A stretch of 63,399 nucleotides of DNA, filler included, from Spirochaetales bacterium (lineage in GTDB: Bacteria > Spirochaetota > Spirochaetia > Treponematales > UBA12059): NCBI GenBank assembly GCA_016928955.1. It is 5 parts of 5 records of this genome, joined end to end, with 100 filler letters (N's around TTAATTAATTAA, not from the genome) between each part and the next. Parts side by side here need not be neighbours in the genome. Positions count along the whole stretch, not along the records: positions 1 to 17,622 come from JAFGJV010000007.1; positions 17,723 to 25,034 come from JAFGJV010000053.1; positions 25,135 to 31,396 come from JAFGJV010000008.1; 2 more parts are not named here. One strand, given 5' to 3'. The notes below the pieces were generated by a model that was not told where the DNA came from, searched no databases, and saw only the letters and a list, made by a program, of their open reading frames with translations. Shown piece after piece: positions 16,115 to 26,246 of the stretch. Position numbers and translations under genes: made by a program. Within the stretch, counting starts at the first letter, position 1. Each line of letters begins with the position of its first letter.

Positions 16115-16325
16115 AAAATGCCTGGCTTACGCCAGGCATTTTTTTATTGGCCCCAAGGGGAGTCGAACGGGTTGCGCCCGCGCGGCGAATGCCGCGGAAA
16201 GGCGCCAAGGATGGCGCCGTCAGGGCACAACCCCGGTCCCAAAGCCCGAGGCAGGATGCCGAGGGATGAGGGATCGACTCCCCTTGGGGCTAAAAAACGC
16301 CTGGCGCAAGCCGGGCGTTTTTTTA
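16114..16325 (+). repeat. tRNA-Glu 3'-end-derived module: terminator, inverted tRNA end, structured core, direct tRNA end, second terminator
   Basis: Hairpin 16114-16145; 16149-16168 is antisense to the tRNA 3' end; 16274-16292 is a direct copy; core homologous to 326-426. Confidence 0.85.
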
Positions 16326-16518
16326 TGCGAGCCGCGCCAAGCTTGCGGATCCAGCTGAAATCCTGTTACTATCGGAAAGCTCGCTTCCGATCGCGGGGCT
16401 CGGGACGTACCCCGGAGTGGTATAGCGCCGCAGTGTCTGGGATAGCGCGGCGACGAGTGTCAGCATGTACCAATAACATAGACGGCTTGGCGGAAGCTGT
16501 CGGGATCAAGGAGCTTGT

Positions 16519-17556
16519 ATGGCCGATACCAGGATATTCATAGGCACGGACTGCGGCGGTACGACCACCAAGGTGGGCGCCGTCAAGGCGGATGGCACGC
16601 CGGTGTCGCTCAAACTTTCACAAAGGCCGACTGACGCGTCCGGTGGCAGGAAGGCCGTGCTGGACGCCTGGGTCAGGGCCGTGGAGGACTATCTTACCGA
16701 ATATGGATATGCCTGGGAAAACGTCGGGGGCGCGGGCCTGGCCATACCCGGTCCCTTTTCCGCGCCCGGGGTCCTGGGCGTGGCGGCGAACCTGCCCAAG
16801 GAGTTTGCCGGCTGGGACATAGGCTCGGATTACGCAGCGCGCCTGTCAGCGGCCGCCGGCAAGCCTGTCAAGCTGACCGTGGGCAACGACGGCAACTATG
16901 GCGGCGTGGCCGAGGCCCGGCTGGTGCGCGGCACGGGCACGGGCACCGTCCTCATGCTGGCGCCCGGATCGGGCCTGGGCGTGGCCTATGTTGACGACCG
17001 GGGCCTCCCGTTGGACGGCGCGTCGCTCGTCGGCATGGAAGCCGGCCACATGCCGGCCCCGCTCCAGCTTTTGGGCATGCCCGTGTTCAGCTGCGGCTGC
17101 GGCCGGACCTGGGGCTGCATAGAGGCCTACACCACCATATCGGGCCTGCCCCAGCTTCTGGCGGTCATGCTAGAACGCCACCCCGACCATGCCCTGGCAA
17201 GCTCTACGGCCTCCGTCAAGGACAAGGTACTGTCCCTGCGCGGCCTGGCCCAGAAGGGCGACGCTTTGGCCACCGAGATATTCGACTTCCAGGCCAGGGC
17301 CCTGGGTATCCACGCGGCCAGCCTCTGCCAGGCCGTGGACCCCGCCTACATCGTCATTGGCGGAGGCCTCATGGATCCCGAGTCCACCACCGAAGCCTTC
17401 CGTTCGCGCTACATGGACACGGTCCGGGCCAATGCCGAACCCTATTTCTGGCCCGCCCAGCGCGAGCGCATCAGGTGGTCCCAGGCCCAGCTCGGCGACC
17501 TTTCCCAGGCCATTGGGGCAGCCCTGGTAGCCCTCTACAACGCGGCCGTTTCCTGA
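16519..17556 (+). CDS. ROK family sugar kinase
   Basis: GTDCGGT, GNDGN, GSGLG, EAGH and CGCG...GCIE zinc motif. Confidence 0.88.
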   Translation: MADTRIFIGTDCGGTTTKVGAVKADGTPVSLKLSQRPTDASGGRKAVLDAWVRAVEDYLTEYGYAWENVGGAGLAIPGPFSAPGVLGVAANLPKEFAGWDIGSDYAARLSAAAGKPVKLTVGNDGNYGGVAEARLVRGTGTGTVLMLAPGSGLGVAYVDDRGLPLDGASLVGMEAGHMPAPLQLLGMPVFSCGCGRTWGCIEAYTTISGLPQLLAVMLERHPDHALASSTASVKDKVLSLRGLAQKGDALATEIFDFQARALGIHAASLCQAVDPAYIVIGGGLMDPESTTEAFRSRYMDTVRANAEPYFWPAQRERIRWSQAQLGDLSQAIGAALVALYNAAVS

Positions 17557-17588
17557 GGGGCTGATTCTCTTGGCCGGGGGGGGGGGGG

Positions 17589-17621
<33 letters not shown>

Positions 17622-17622
17622 C

Positions 17623-17722
17623 NNNNNNNNNNNNNNNNNNNNNNNNNNNNNNNNNNNNNNNNNNNNTTAATTAATTAANNNNNNNNNNNNNNNNNNNNNN
17701 NNNNNNNNNNNNNNNNNNNNNN
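17623..17722. other. Contig-join linker (N44-TTAATTAATTAA-N44), preceded by a poly-G/poly-C artefact
   Basis: The identical 100-nt six-frame-stop spacer occurs four times. Confidence 0.97.
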
Positions 17723-17990
17723 GACGTGATTTGCGTAGCGGTTGCGGAATATGCAAACAACCGCGAGCAATCGCAGAGCCAATTTCAAAAGTAACAGACT
17801 TTTGAAATTAGCTCTATTCATGAAACTTTCCGCGTCCGCGGTATTTTTAGTTGGTGTGCGGACGGGCGGAGCTTTGGCTTCAGGGAACCTCTAAAACCCC
17901 ATGGTTATTAGTGGTTCACTGCGTTTTCGGCCGAAAACGCAAGGTTTTCTAAGCTAAGCCTCTAAAAACTGCAGTTTTTAGAGGCTTCCT
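17723..17990. repeat. Cluster of palindromic REP/MITE-like elements
   Basis: Hairpins at about 17728-17772, 17775-17815 (TTTCAAAAGT...ACTTTTGAAA), 17883-17919, 17920-17941 (TGCGTTTTCGGCCGAAAACGCA) and 17956-17987 (family A). Confidence 0.85.
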
Positions 17991-18026
17991 TCAGGCACGT
18001 TCCCACCGGAGTATGAAAGGCCAACG

Positions 18027-18551
18027 ATGAAACGCCTAATGCTTATCGCCCTCATGGCAGTATCCCTGACCGCGGCGGCCCAGGAAACCCGGGCTGTCTT
18101 TGTCGTCAAGAAACTAGGCCCGGATGCCGCCGCATCGGACGCGGCCGAGCTCTGGGCCCGCTATATGGACGCCGCCCCGGACGCAGCCCGTTTTTTTGCG
18201 CCCGCCCGCTTTGCCAAAAAGCTCTTCTCGCTCGACATAGAGTTGGCCGCCGATCTGGCGTTCAGCGTGCTGGGTTCGGAGGAGCTGGAGCGCTCGGACA
18301 AACACGTGCTGGTCCGCTATGACGTTGCATGGTCGGCCCCACCGGCCCTACCCCGCGCCGGCAAACTGGTGACCGTGCGTTTCAGCCTGTCCGAGCTGGT
18401 CAAGAAGAACAAGGACGCGTCGCCTGGGTATTACGCCCTGCTCAAGGGCATCAAGGCCGGTCCCTACGCGCGGGGCCAGGCCTGGGTCGTGTCCATGGAG
18501 TACGACGGAAAAGGCTCGTTCAGGGCTGTCGTCGCCTTGGCAAAGAGTTAG
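18027..18551 (+). CDS. Hypothetical exported protein
   Basis: Signal peptide MKRLMLIALMAVSLTAAA; host-like codon usage. Confidence 0.7.
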   Translation: MKRLMLIALMAVSLTAAAQETRAVFVVKKLGPDAAASDAAELWARYMDAAPDAARFFAPARFAKKLFSLDIELAADLAFSVLGSEELERSDKHVLVRYDVAWSAPPALPRAGKLVTVRFSLSELVKKNKDASPGYYALLKGIKAGPYARGQAWVVSMEYDGKGSFRAVVALAKS

Positions 18552-18633
18552 TAACGACAATACCAGGCTTTTTGTCACATCCCCCTCTGGCCTGTCGATA
18601 GTTTTTTCCGTACACTTGAGGGCGGAGGTTCCC

Positions 18634-19047
18634 ATGCAAGAGATCACCTGCTCATGGAAGGGCGACATGGCCTTCGGCGCCCAGATAGACGGCCACGAGG
18701 TCATCCTGGACGCGGCGCCCGATGTCGGTGGCCATGATTCAGGACCCACACCCAAGCCGTTCATCCTGGTTTCCATCGCCGGCTGCACCGGCATGGACGT
18801 CATATCCATACTCCGCAAGATGCGCGAGCCGGTCAGCTGGTTCAACGTGCGGGCGTCCGGGGAACTCACCACGGAGCACCCCAAAACCTACACGTCGATC
18901 ACGGTGGTATACGAGTTCAAGGCCGCCGACGGCCTCAAGGACGAGAACGTGCGCAAGGCGGTCAGCCTGTCGGAGGAACGCTACTGCGGCGTGTTTGCCC
19001 TGCTCCGCAAGGCCATTCCGGTGACCACGGAAATCAGGTACCTGTAA
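18634..19047 (+). CDS. OsmC family protein
   Basis: GPTPK...AGCTGMD and ERYCGV conserved cysteines; GGAGG SD. Confidence 0.88.
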   Translation: MQEITCSWKGDMAFGAQIDGHEVILDAAPDVGGHDSGPTPKPFILVSIAGCTGMDVISILRKMREPVSWFNVRASGELTTEHPKTYTSITVVYEFKAADGLKDENVRKAVSLSEERYCGVFALLRKAIPVTTEIRYL

Positions 19048-19177
19048 GCGCTATGCTACCGGAACTCGCAAGTGAATTTTCCCTCACAGGCTGTTTACCT
19101 GGGACACCGCCCAACCTAGACTTACGGGAAGCTCTAAGGCTGTTCTTGATAGATGCTTCTTCATACCGGAGGCTTTG

Positions 19178-20413
19178 ATGGAGGCACGAACCCACTACAC
19201 GCCGTACAATCTCAGGTGGTTCAACAAGATACTGCGCTGGTTCTACGGCTCGTACCTGCGGAGCTGGTACCGCATGAAGGCCATAGGGGCCGACATGGTG
19301 GCGGATATCAAGGGACCCTATGTCCTCATTCCCAACCACCAGAGCCTTTTGGATCCCTTCATGATCAGCACCTTTGTGCCCCAGTCCATCTATTGGGTGA
19401 CGAGCGACGCCAACATGCGTTCGCGCATCATGCGCTTCCTCCTGCGGCTGGTAGGCTCCATACCCAAATCCAAGGTCATACCGGATCTGGTCACGGTCAA
19501 CTGGATCGTGGACGTGGTGAGGAGGCGCGGCGGCGTGGTGGGCATCTTTGCGGAGGGGCAATCCAGTTGGGACGGCCATACCCTGCCGCTGATCCCCAGC
19601 ACAGCCAAGATGGTCAAGCTCCTCAAGGTGCCCGTGGTGGTGGCCACGCTCAGGGGCGTCTACCACTCAAGGCCACGGTGGAGCTGGCACCCCCGCCGCG
19701 GCCGGGTGGAGATAGAATTCCGCAAAATATTCGACGGCCCCGAACTCAAGGCCATGGATTCGGACAGCATCCTGGACATCCTGACCCGTTCCATGGAATA
19801 CGACGAGGATGACTGGCATACGGGAGTCCGGATTCCGTACAGGGGCGGCCAGCGGGCGCGGCACCTGGAACTGGCCCTGTTCATGTGCCCCCATTGCGGC
19901 CGCGTGGGCGACATGAGGAGCGCGGGCAACCGCCTGTACTGCCACTACTGCGGCCATACCGCGCGCCTGTCGCCGTATTACCGCTTCCGCCCGGTGGGCC
20001 AGAGCGTGCCCCGCTTCCAGACCATACGCCAGTGGATGCTCTGGCAAAAAGACGCCTTTGCGGCCTTCGTGCGCGAGGCGTCGGCCAAGCCCCACCGCCC
20101 CATCCTGTCGGACTCGGGCGTCATGCTCCTCAAGGGCCGGCGCATGCGGGCCCTCAAGAATCTGCGCACGGGCACCCTGGTCATGTACCCGGACCGGGTG
20201 GAGCTGGCCACCCTGTCCGGCGAGCGCCTGGCTTTTCCGTTGGCTACCATTGAGGGCGCAGGCGTGCAGAAACAGCAGCGCTTCGAGTTTTACGTGGGCA
20301 GGGACCTGTACCAGTTCCGCTTCCCGCTCAGGCGCCAGTCCGGGCTCAAGTGGCTATTGGCCGTGCAGGAACTCCAGGCCATGCTGGGCATGCCCGCGGC
20401 ATCCCCAGCCTGA
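19178..20413 (+). CDS. Lysophospholipid acyltransferase (PlsC-like) with a Zn-ribbon/C-terminal extension
   Basis: NHQSLLD and IFAEG motifs; CPHC...CHYC. Confidence 0.85.
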   Translation: MEARTHYTPYNLRWFNKILRWFYGSYLRSWYRMKAIGADMVADIKGPYVLIPNHQSLLDPFMISTFVPQSIYWVTSDANMRSRIMRFLLRLVGSIPKSKVIPDLVTVNWIVDVVRRRGGVVGIFAEGQSSWDGHTLPLIPSTAKMVKLLKVPVVVATLRGVYHSRPRWSWHPRRGRVEIEFRKIFDGPELKAMDSDSILDILTRSMEYDEDDWHTGVRIPYRGGQRARHLELALFMCPHCGRVGDMRSAGNRLYCHYCGHTARLSPYYRFRPVGQSVPRFQTIRQWMLWQKDAFAAFVREASAKPHRPILSDSGVMLLKGRRMRALKNLRTGTLVMYPDRVELATLSGERLAFPLATIEGAGVQKQQRFEFYVGRDLYQFRFPLRRQSGLKWLLAVQELQAMLGMPAASPA

Positions 20414-20466
20414 ACGGGGGCCGCGTGCGGCCCTCGCAGCCCCTGATGTCCACCCGCGTCGGCCTT

Positions 20467-21885
20467 TCAGTCCTCCAGCCAGATGGTACGGGGCTTGAGG
20501 AAGGCCTTCTTGCCGGCTATGAACGCGAGGGCCAGCATCGAGTACACAAGGTAGCCGCCCGCTATCAGCATGAAGGTCCAGAACGGGCCCATGGTTCCGG
20601 ACGCTGACGCCTGGGCCGGTAAATTGATGACCAGTATGAACGGTATGAAGAGCGCAAAGGTAAGGCCGGCCGACAGCATGTAGTCGCTGGACACCTTGGT
20701 CTTGAATTCGGGGTCCAGGATCCGCAGCAGGGCCAGGCCCGTGGACAGGGTGCCCGTGGATACGCCGAATATCATGATCATGCGCTCGTAGCGGTGGTCC
20801 TTGAATATTCGAGAGCATAGCCAGGGTACGGTCAGGGTGACGGCCACGCCGCCTACCGTGGACACGACCAGGATAGGCAGCCAGTATTTGCCCACAAAAA
20901 CCAGCTCTATGGCCGCAAGGGCGCCCGCCACCATGTAGTCCACGGCCATGCCGGATATCCTGGACATCGAGTCGTCGTCAAGGACATGGTCCACCTTCAT
21001 GGCGTTGATGACCACCCGTACAAGCATGGCCGTCAGCGCGGAGAAGATGAAGTTGATGCCCCACAGGTTGGTGGCCAGGTCGGTGCCCGCCTTGCCCAGG
21101 AAGGACAGGCCCCAAGTAATGCCCAGAAGCAGAACGTAGGACAGGATATAGGTCAGGGCGACCAGGGCGGCGTGCAGGGTCATGGGATCTATGGCTTCAA
21201 GGTCCGTGGTGTTGCGCGAGCCCACCGGCCGCTCGTTGCCGCGCGGCACGATGCCGCTCATCATGGCCTTGTCCTTCATCATATCGTCCGAGTGATGGGG
21301 CAGGTAGCCTTTTCGCACGCCGTAGTTCACCAGGATCACGCCAACGACGCACGCCCACATAAAGCCGAGGGCAGCCATGGTCAGGCCCGCCGACGCGCCA
21401 CCCTCAAAGCCCATGCTCTCCCAGCCCTTGCCGATGGCGTATGCCTGGCCCGGCCCGAGCGCGTAGCCCAAGGGCAGGTGGAGGCCAAACGCCAGGTTGA
21501 GATCCGGCATGAGCGTTTTGACAATCAGCAGGGTTAGTCCCAGGCCAAGCAGGGCCTGGAGGGCATATTGAGACATGATGGCGGTGGACATGGCCCACAC
21601 GGACTTGGATTTGTCGCCCGGAGTCTTGGCCGGCCGGGACCTGAGGCCCATGGCTATGAAGGACAGGGACAAGAGGTGGTACACCAGGTCGCCCAGGCGG
21701 TTTGTGCTGTAGCCCAGAGCCGGCATCAGGTAGTTGTATACCGGGAGGAGGATGAAGCCCGCGGTCAGGGCGTTGGGCACCATGAAGCGCTGGAGAAACC
21801 GGAGACGCGTGCGCAGGAACGTCGCCAGCACCAGGCCGGCGGATATGATGCCCGCGTCTATGATGATCTTCCAGGAAAATTCCAT
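20467..21885 (-). CDS. gltS: Sodium/glutamate symporter (ESS family)
   Basis: FLQRFMVPNALTAG, GYALGPGQA and FGVSTGTLSTGLALLRILDP motifs. Confidence 0.8.
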   Translation of the reverse strand: MEFSWKIIIDAGIISAGLVLATFLRTRLRFLQRFMVPNALTAGFILLPVYNYLMPALGYSTNRLGDLVYHLLSLSFIAMGLRSRPAKTPGDKSKSVWAMSTAIMSQYALQALLGLGLTLLIVKTLMPDLNLAFGLHLPLGYALGPGQAYAIGKGWESMGFEGGASAGLTMAALGFMWACVVGVILVNYGVRKGYLPHHSDDMMKDKAMMSGIVPRGNERPVGSRNTTDLEAIDPMTLHAALVALTYILSYVLLLGITWGLSFLGKAGTDLATNLWGINFIFSALTAMLVRVVINAMKVDHVLDDDSMSRISGMAVDYMVAGALAAIELVFVGKYWLPILVVSTVGGVAVTLTVPWLCSRIFKDHRYERMIMIFGVSTGTLSTGLALLRILDPEFKTKVSSDYMLSAGLTFALFIPFILVINLPAQASASGTMGPFWTFMLIAGGYLVYSMLALAFIAGKKAFLKPRTIWLED

Positions 21886-22078
21886 GCTACCGCCCTTCCC
21901 GCGCCGCCTATGGCGCGCCAGAGCCCGGCCGTGGCGCGGGCATACTCCGTTTCCACCATTCTAGCAGATAAGCCGGCAGTCTGCCCCGTAAAGCAGGCAA
22001 GAAAAGAAGCCGTTTTATCGCTGCTCGCACGGCTTCCGGCTTCTCAAGCGCCAGGTCCCATAGTACACTTCCGTCATC

Positions 22079-23161
22079 ATGGATCCGACCCCCTTTGTGG
22101 AAGGTATCCGCGCCCTGGCCGGGCGGACGCCCCTGTTCCCAGGCGATGCCCTGGACGTGGCTCTGGTGCTCAATCCCCGGGCCGGAGGCTTTGCCCACCG
22201 CGCCCGCTACTCGTCCGCCCTGGCCCAGCTCAAAAGCGCCCAGGCCGAGTCGGCTGCCCTGCCTCCCCGATCAAAGCCGGTTTCCTTCCGGGAGCGTTCC
22301 ACGGAGGCCCCCCGGCACGCGTCGCGCCTGGCCGAGGAATTCCTGGACGAGGCGGCGCTCAGGCCGGCATCCCAGTGGCTGGTCATCCTTGCCTGCGGCG
22401 ACGGCACCAGCCACGAGTACCTGGACGCCCTGTCCCGCGCCCCGGACGACCTCAGGGAGCGCTTCACGGTGCTCCGCCTGCCCATGGGCACGGGCAATGA
22501 CGGCTCAGACGGCCGCTATATGCCCGACGCCCTTGCCCGCCTTACGGGTCACGGCCGGCCGGCCATACAAGCGGCCTTGCGCGTCCGGCCCAAGCCCGGA
22601 GGACCGGCGTCAACCAAGGCTCCAGACGGCGAATGGCGCGCCTTCAACATAGCCAGCGTGGGCCTGGACGCCTATGTGACCGTCCATACCAACCGCCTGA
22701 AGTCGGCCATGCCCGGGGATTTTTACAAACTGTGGCTGGACCTGGCATCCGTGTTCTACGACCGCTTCTATCCGCCGGGGCCCATGGTCTTGTCGGCCAT
22801 TGACGCGCGCGGCAAGGAGCAGTCACGGCACGAGGGCCGCTTTCTCCTGGCGGCCATGGGCGTGAGCGGCCACCGGGCCTACGGCGCGGGCAAGCTCATA
22901 CTGCCGAGCGACCACAACGTATGCGCGATAAGGCAGATGGGCCTCCTGCGCAAGCTTGCCCTCAAAGGCCCCATAAGTTCTGGCCGCCACGACCGGTTTC
23001 CGGAAGCCGAGCTCTTTAGCGCGGACACTTTGGTCATTGACTACGCCGACAAGCTCCTGGCCCAGGTGGACGGCGAAACGCACGAGCTGGAGCCGGCCGA
23101 TTTCCCCCTGCGCATGGAGCGCACCGGTCCACTGATCAGGTACCTGGCCCGCGCTGACTGA
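22079..23161 (+). CDS. Diacylglycerol/lipid kinase family protein
   Basis: NPRAGG, GDGT, LPMGTGND, SVGLDA and QVDGE motifs. Confidence 0.85.
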   Translation: MDPTPFVEGIRALAGRTPLFPGDALDVALVLNPRAGGFAHRARYSSALAQLKSAQAESAALPPRSKPVSFRERSTEAPRHASRLAEEFLDEAALRPASQWLVILACGDGTSHEYLDALSRAPDDLRERFTVLRLPMGTGNDGSDGRYMPDALARLTGHGRPAIQAALRVRPKPGGPASTKAPDGEWRAFNIASVGLDAYVTVHTNRLKSAMPGDFYKLWLDLASVFYDRFYPPGPMVLSAIDARGKEQSRHEGRFLLAAMGVSGHRAYGAGKLILPSDHNVCAIRQMGLLRKLALKGPISSGRHDRFPEAELFSADTLVIDYADKLLAQVDGETHELEPADFPLRMERTGPLIRYLARAD

Positions 23162-23238
23162 GCGGCCGCGCGGAGCGCCTCTTGAGCGCGCGGGCCATCT
23201 GGACGCGGGCCGTGGGCGCGCGCTATAGTCAGCGAACC

Positions 23239-25034
23239 ATGAAGCACCTGAAACGCACCGTCACCTGCGGCCAGCTCGGCGCGCCCGACTCTGGCAGCAC
23301 CGTCATTCTCAACGGCTGGGTCCACCGCAAGCGCGACCACGGCGGCATATCCTTCATCAACCTGCGCGACCGTTACGGCGTCACGCAGGTGGTGGTGGAC
23401 GCCGACGCGCCGGACGCCCTCAAGGCCGTGGCCGCCGAGCTCAGGAACGAGTTCTGCGTGGCGGTCAAGGGCACGGTCCGCCCCCGGCCCGACAGCATGG
23501 TCAACACGGACATGGCCACCGGCGCCATCGAGGTGGTAGCGTCGTCCATAGACATACTCACCCGCTGCGAGGTCCTGCCCTTCCAGATCGACAAGGAAAG
23601 CGACGCCAAGGAAGAGTTGCGCCTGAAGTACCGCTACCTGGACCTGCGCTCCGATGGCATGCAGTACCGCATGAAGCTCCGCGCCGACGTGACCTTTGCC
23701 GTGCGCCGGTGGATGACCGAGCACGGCTTTATGGAAATCGAGACGCCGACCTTCATCAAGAGCACCCCGGAAGGCGCTCGCGACTACCTGGTGCCCAGCC
23801 GCCTCTACCCGGGCCAGTTCTACGCCCTGCCCCAGAGTCCCCAGCTGTACAAGCAGATACTCATGGTGTCCGGCTTTGACAAGTATTTCCAGATAGCTCG
23901 CTGCTACCGCGACGAGGACGCCCGCGGCGACCGCCAGCCCGAGTTCACGCAGATAGACATAGAGATGAGCTTTGTGGAGCGGGACGACATCCTGACCATG
24001 ATAGAAGGCCTCTTTGGGCACGTGTTCAAGGCGACGCTGGGCGTGGACCTGCCCCCAACATTCAAACGCCTGTCCTACGAACAGGCCATGGAGCTCTACG
24101 GCTCCGACAAGCCCGATCTGCGCTTTGCCATGGAAATGCAGGACTTTGGCCCTTACGTGGCCGACTCAGGCTTCCAGGCCTTCAAGGACGCCCTTGCCAA
24201 CGGCGAGGCAGACAGGGTGGCAGCCGAGGCCAAGGGCGTGACCATTCAGGGCGGTGGCGTCAAGGCTTTGGTGGTGCCCGGCAAGGCCGACTACTCGCGC
24301 AAGCAGATAGAGGAACTGGAGTCGGTGGCCAAGATATACAAGGCCAAGGGCCTGGCGTGGATGAAGGTGGCAGCCGGAGCGGACGGCACGCCCGCGCTCG
24401 AGGGCGGCGCGTCCAAATTCTTCCAGGACATCGCCGCGCGCGTGATAACCGGACTGGGAGCCAGTGTGGGCGACCTCATCCTGCTGGTGGCCGACCAGAA
24501 GCGCGCCATAGCCAACGTGGCCCTGGGCGCCGTGCGCTCGCGCCTGGGCAGGGACCTGGGCATGTGCGACCCCGCCCGTTTTGAGTTTGCCTGGATCGTG
24601 GACTTTCCCATGTTCGAGTGGAACGAGGACGAGAACAAATGGGACACCGCCCACCACATGTTCACCTGGCCCCAGGAACAGTACCACGCTACCCTGGAGA
24701 GCGACCCGGGCTCGGTCAAGGGCGACCTCTATGACCTGGTGCTCAACGGCTTCGAGTTGGCGTCCGGGTCCATCCGTATCCATGACCCCGAGCTCCAGAA
24801 GCGTGTGTTCAAGGTGGTTGGCTTCGATCCGGCCGAGGCCGAGAAGAAGTTCGGCTTCCTGACCGAGGCCTTCAAGTACGGCGCCCCGCCCCACGGCGGC
24901 ATAGCCCCCGGCCTGGACCGACTGGTCATGCTCATGGCCGGCCAGACCAGCATCAAGGAAGTCATAGCCTTCCCCAAGAACAGCTTCGCCGTCTCTCCAA
25001 TGGATGAATGCCCGAGCGAAGTGGACCAGAAGCA
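23239..25034 (+). CDS. aspS: Aspartate-tRNA ligase (3' end truncated at contig end)
   Basis: RDHGG, TPEGARDYLVPSR, LPQSPQLYKQ, DRQPEFTQID, GAPPHGGIA. Confidence 0.96.
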
Positions 25035-25134
25035 NNNNNNNNNNNNNNNNNNNNNNNNNNNNNNNNNNNNNNNNNNNNTTAATTAATTAANNNNNNNNNN
25101 NNNNNNNNNNNNNNNNNNNNNNNNNNNNNNNNNN
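25035..25134. other. Contig-join linker
   Basis: N-TTAATTAATTAA-N spacer. Confidence 0.97.
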
Positions 25135-25175
25135 CAAGTCCCTGCTGATAATTGCTTATCAAACAGGGACTTATT

Positions 25176-25249
25176 TGGGCAGTATTGGAGTTGAACCAAC
25201 GACCCCCAGTGTGTCATACTGGTGCTCTAACCAACTGAGCTAACCGCCC
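25176..25249 (-). tRNA. tRNA-Val(GAC)
   Basis: Minus strand GGGCGGTTAGCTCAGTTGGTTAGAGC...CCAGT-ATGACAC-ACTGG...GGTTCAACTCC...ACTGCCCA; hairpin downstream at 25136-25172. Confidence 0.92.
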
Positions 25250-25277
25250 TCTACCAGTCCGTTGTGCCGGACGCGTC

Positions 25278-25307
25278 TTTATAGCAAGCCGCGCCGCCCT
25301 CTGTCAA
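25278..25307 (-). promoter_or_regulatory. sigma70-type promoter of tRNA-Val
   Basis: TTGACA-18 nt-TATAAA on the minus strand. Confidence 0.65.
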
Positions 25308-25308
25308 G

Positions 25309-25746
25309 CTACTTGGACAGCACGTGCTGGATGCGCTCGAGCACCTTCTTCCTGTCCAGCGGTTTCACGATGTAGTTCTTGGCGCCCGTAAGCAGGGCCT
25401 GCTTGACCAAGTCCTGCTTGCCCAGGGCGCTGATCATGATCACCTTGGCGTTCTTGTCGAACTCTATGATCTTCTGCAGGGCCGTGAGCCCGTCCATGTT
25501 CGGCATGGTTATGTCCATGGTCACCAGGTCCACGGACGGGTACAGCTCCTTGTAGCGCTCCAGGCCCAGTAGACCGTCGGCCGCCTGGCCCACCACGTCA
25601 TAGCCTTCCGAGGTCAGGATCTGGGTAATCTGCTTGGCCACGAACATGGAATCGTCCACCACCAGGATGCGGTAGGGCGTACCGTCAGGCTTGAGGCCGT
25701 CGGGTTTGCGCTCGTTGATGGACGGAAAGTCTTCCTTGGTCTTCAT
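25309..25746 (-). CDS. cheY: Chemotaxis response regulator CheY
   Basis: VVDDS, MDITMP, ISALG and VKP receiver motifs; spirochaete-type N-terminal extension; last gene of the che operon. Confidence 0.92.
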   Translation of the reverse strand: MKTKEDFPSINERKPDGLKPDGTPYRILVVDDSMFVAKQITQILTSEGYDVVGQAADGLLGLERYKELYPSVDLVTMDITMPNMDGLTALQKIIEFDKNAKVIMISALGKQDLVKQALLTGAKNYIVKPLDRKKVLERIQHVLSK

Positions 25747-25756
25747 GCAACCTCCG

Positions 25757-26221
25757 CTAGGCCCGTTCCCGTATGGCCACGTTGATCTCAACCTTGCCCT
25801 GCGGCGTCTCCATGGGCACGATCAGGGCTTCCACGTCCTGGTTCGACACTTCCATGTTGTCTCCGGTAAAAATGGCCGGAGGCGTCAGGTCAAAGCGGAA
25901 GCCCAGCTCATGGAGCTTGGTAACGGCCTGGGCGGTTATCATGTTGGCCAGCTCGGTGATGGTGGCCTTGACGAGCTCGTCCATGGTGGTGAGATCCTCG
26001 CCGTTCATGGTGGACGCTATGCTCAGGGCCGTGTTCTTGTCCATGTCGAACAGCACCCGGCCTTCCACGTCTCCGGCCAGACCGACGATGGCGGCCACGC
26101 CCATGACCGGCATGGACGTTGACTTGAGGAACAGCTCGCCGCGCCGCACGTCGGCCTGCAACACCTCTCGCATCACGTTGAAGGCGCTCTCCACGAAGGG
26201 ATTAATATACTCTACTCTCAT
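25757..26221 (-). CDS. cheX: CheY-P phosphatase CheX
   Basis: MRVEYINPF and ELANMI (ExxN) motifs. Confidence 0.93.
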   Translation of the reverse strand: MRVEYINPFVESAFNVMREVLQADVRRGELFLKSTSMPVMGVAAIVGLAGDVEGRVLFDMDKNTALSIASTMNGEDLTTMDELVKATITELANMITAQAVTKLHELGFRFDLTPPAIFTGDNMEVSNQDVEALIVPMETPQGKVEINVAIRERA

Positions 26222-26246
26222 ACCGCTCTCCCGTCTTGCTGTGTCC

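Noticed and set aside
16330..16518. Riboswitch in the ROK gene leader
   Set aside because: Only generic GC hairpins; no aptamer consensus or terminator recognised.
17623..17722. TTAATTAATTAA as a biological motif
   Set aside because: An artificial six-frame-stop linker inside N runs, repeated at all four joins.
23239..25034. aspS (and parC, 58303-59209) as pseudogenes
   Set aside because: The truncations coincide with contig ends.
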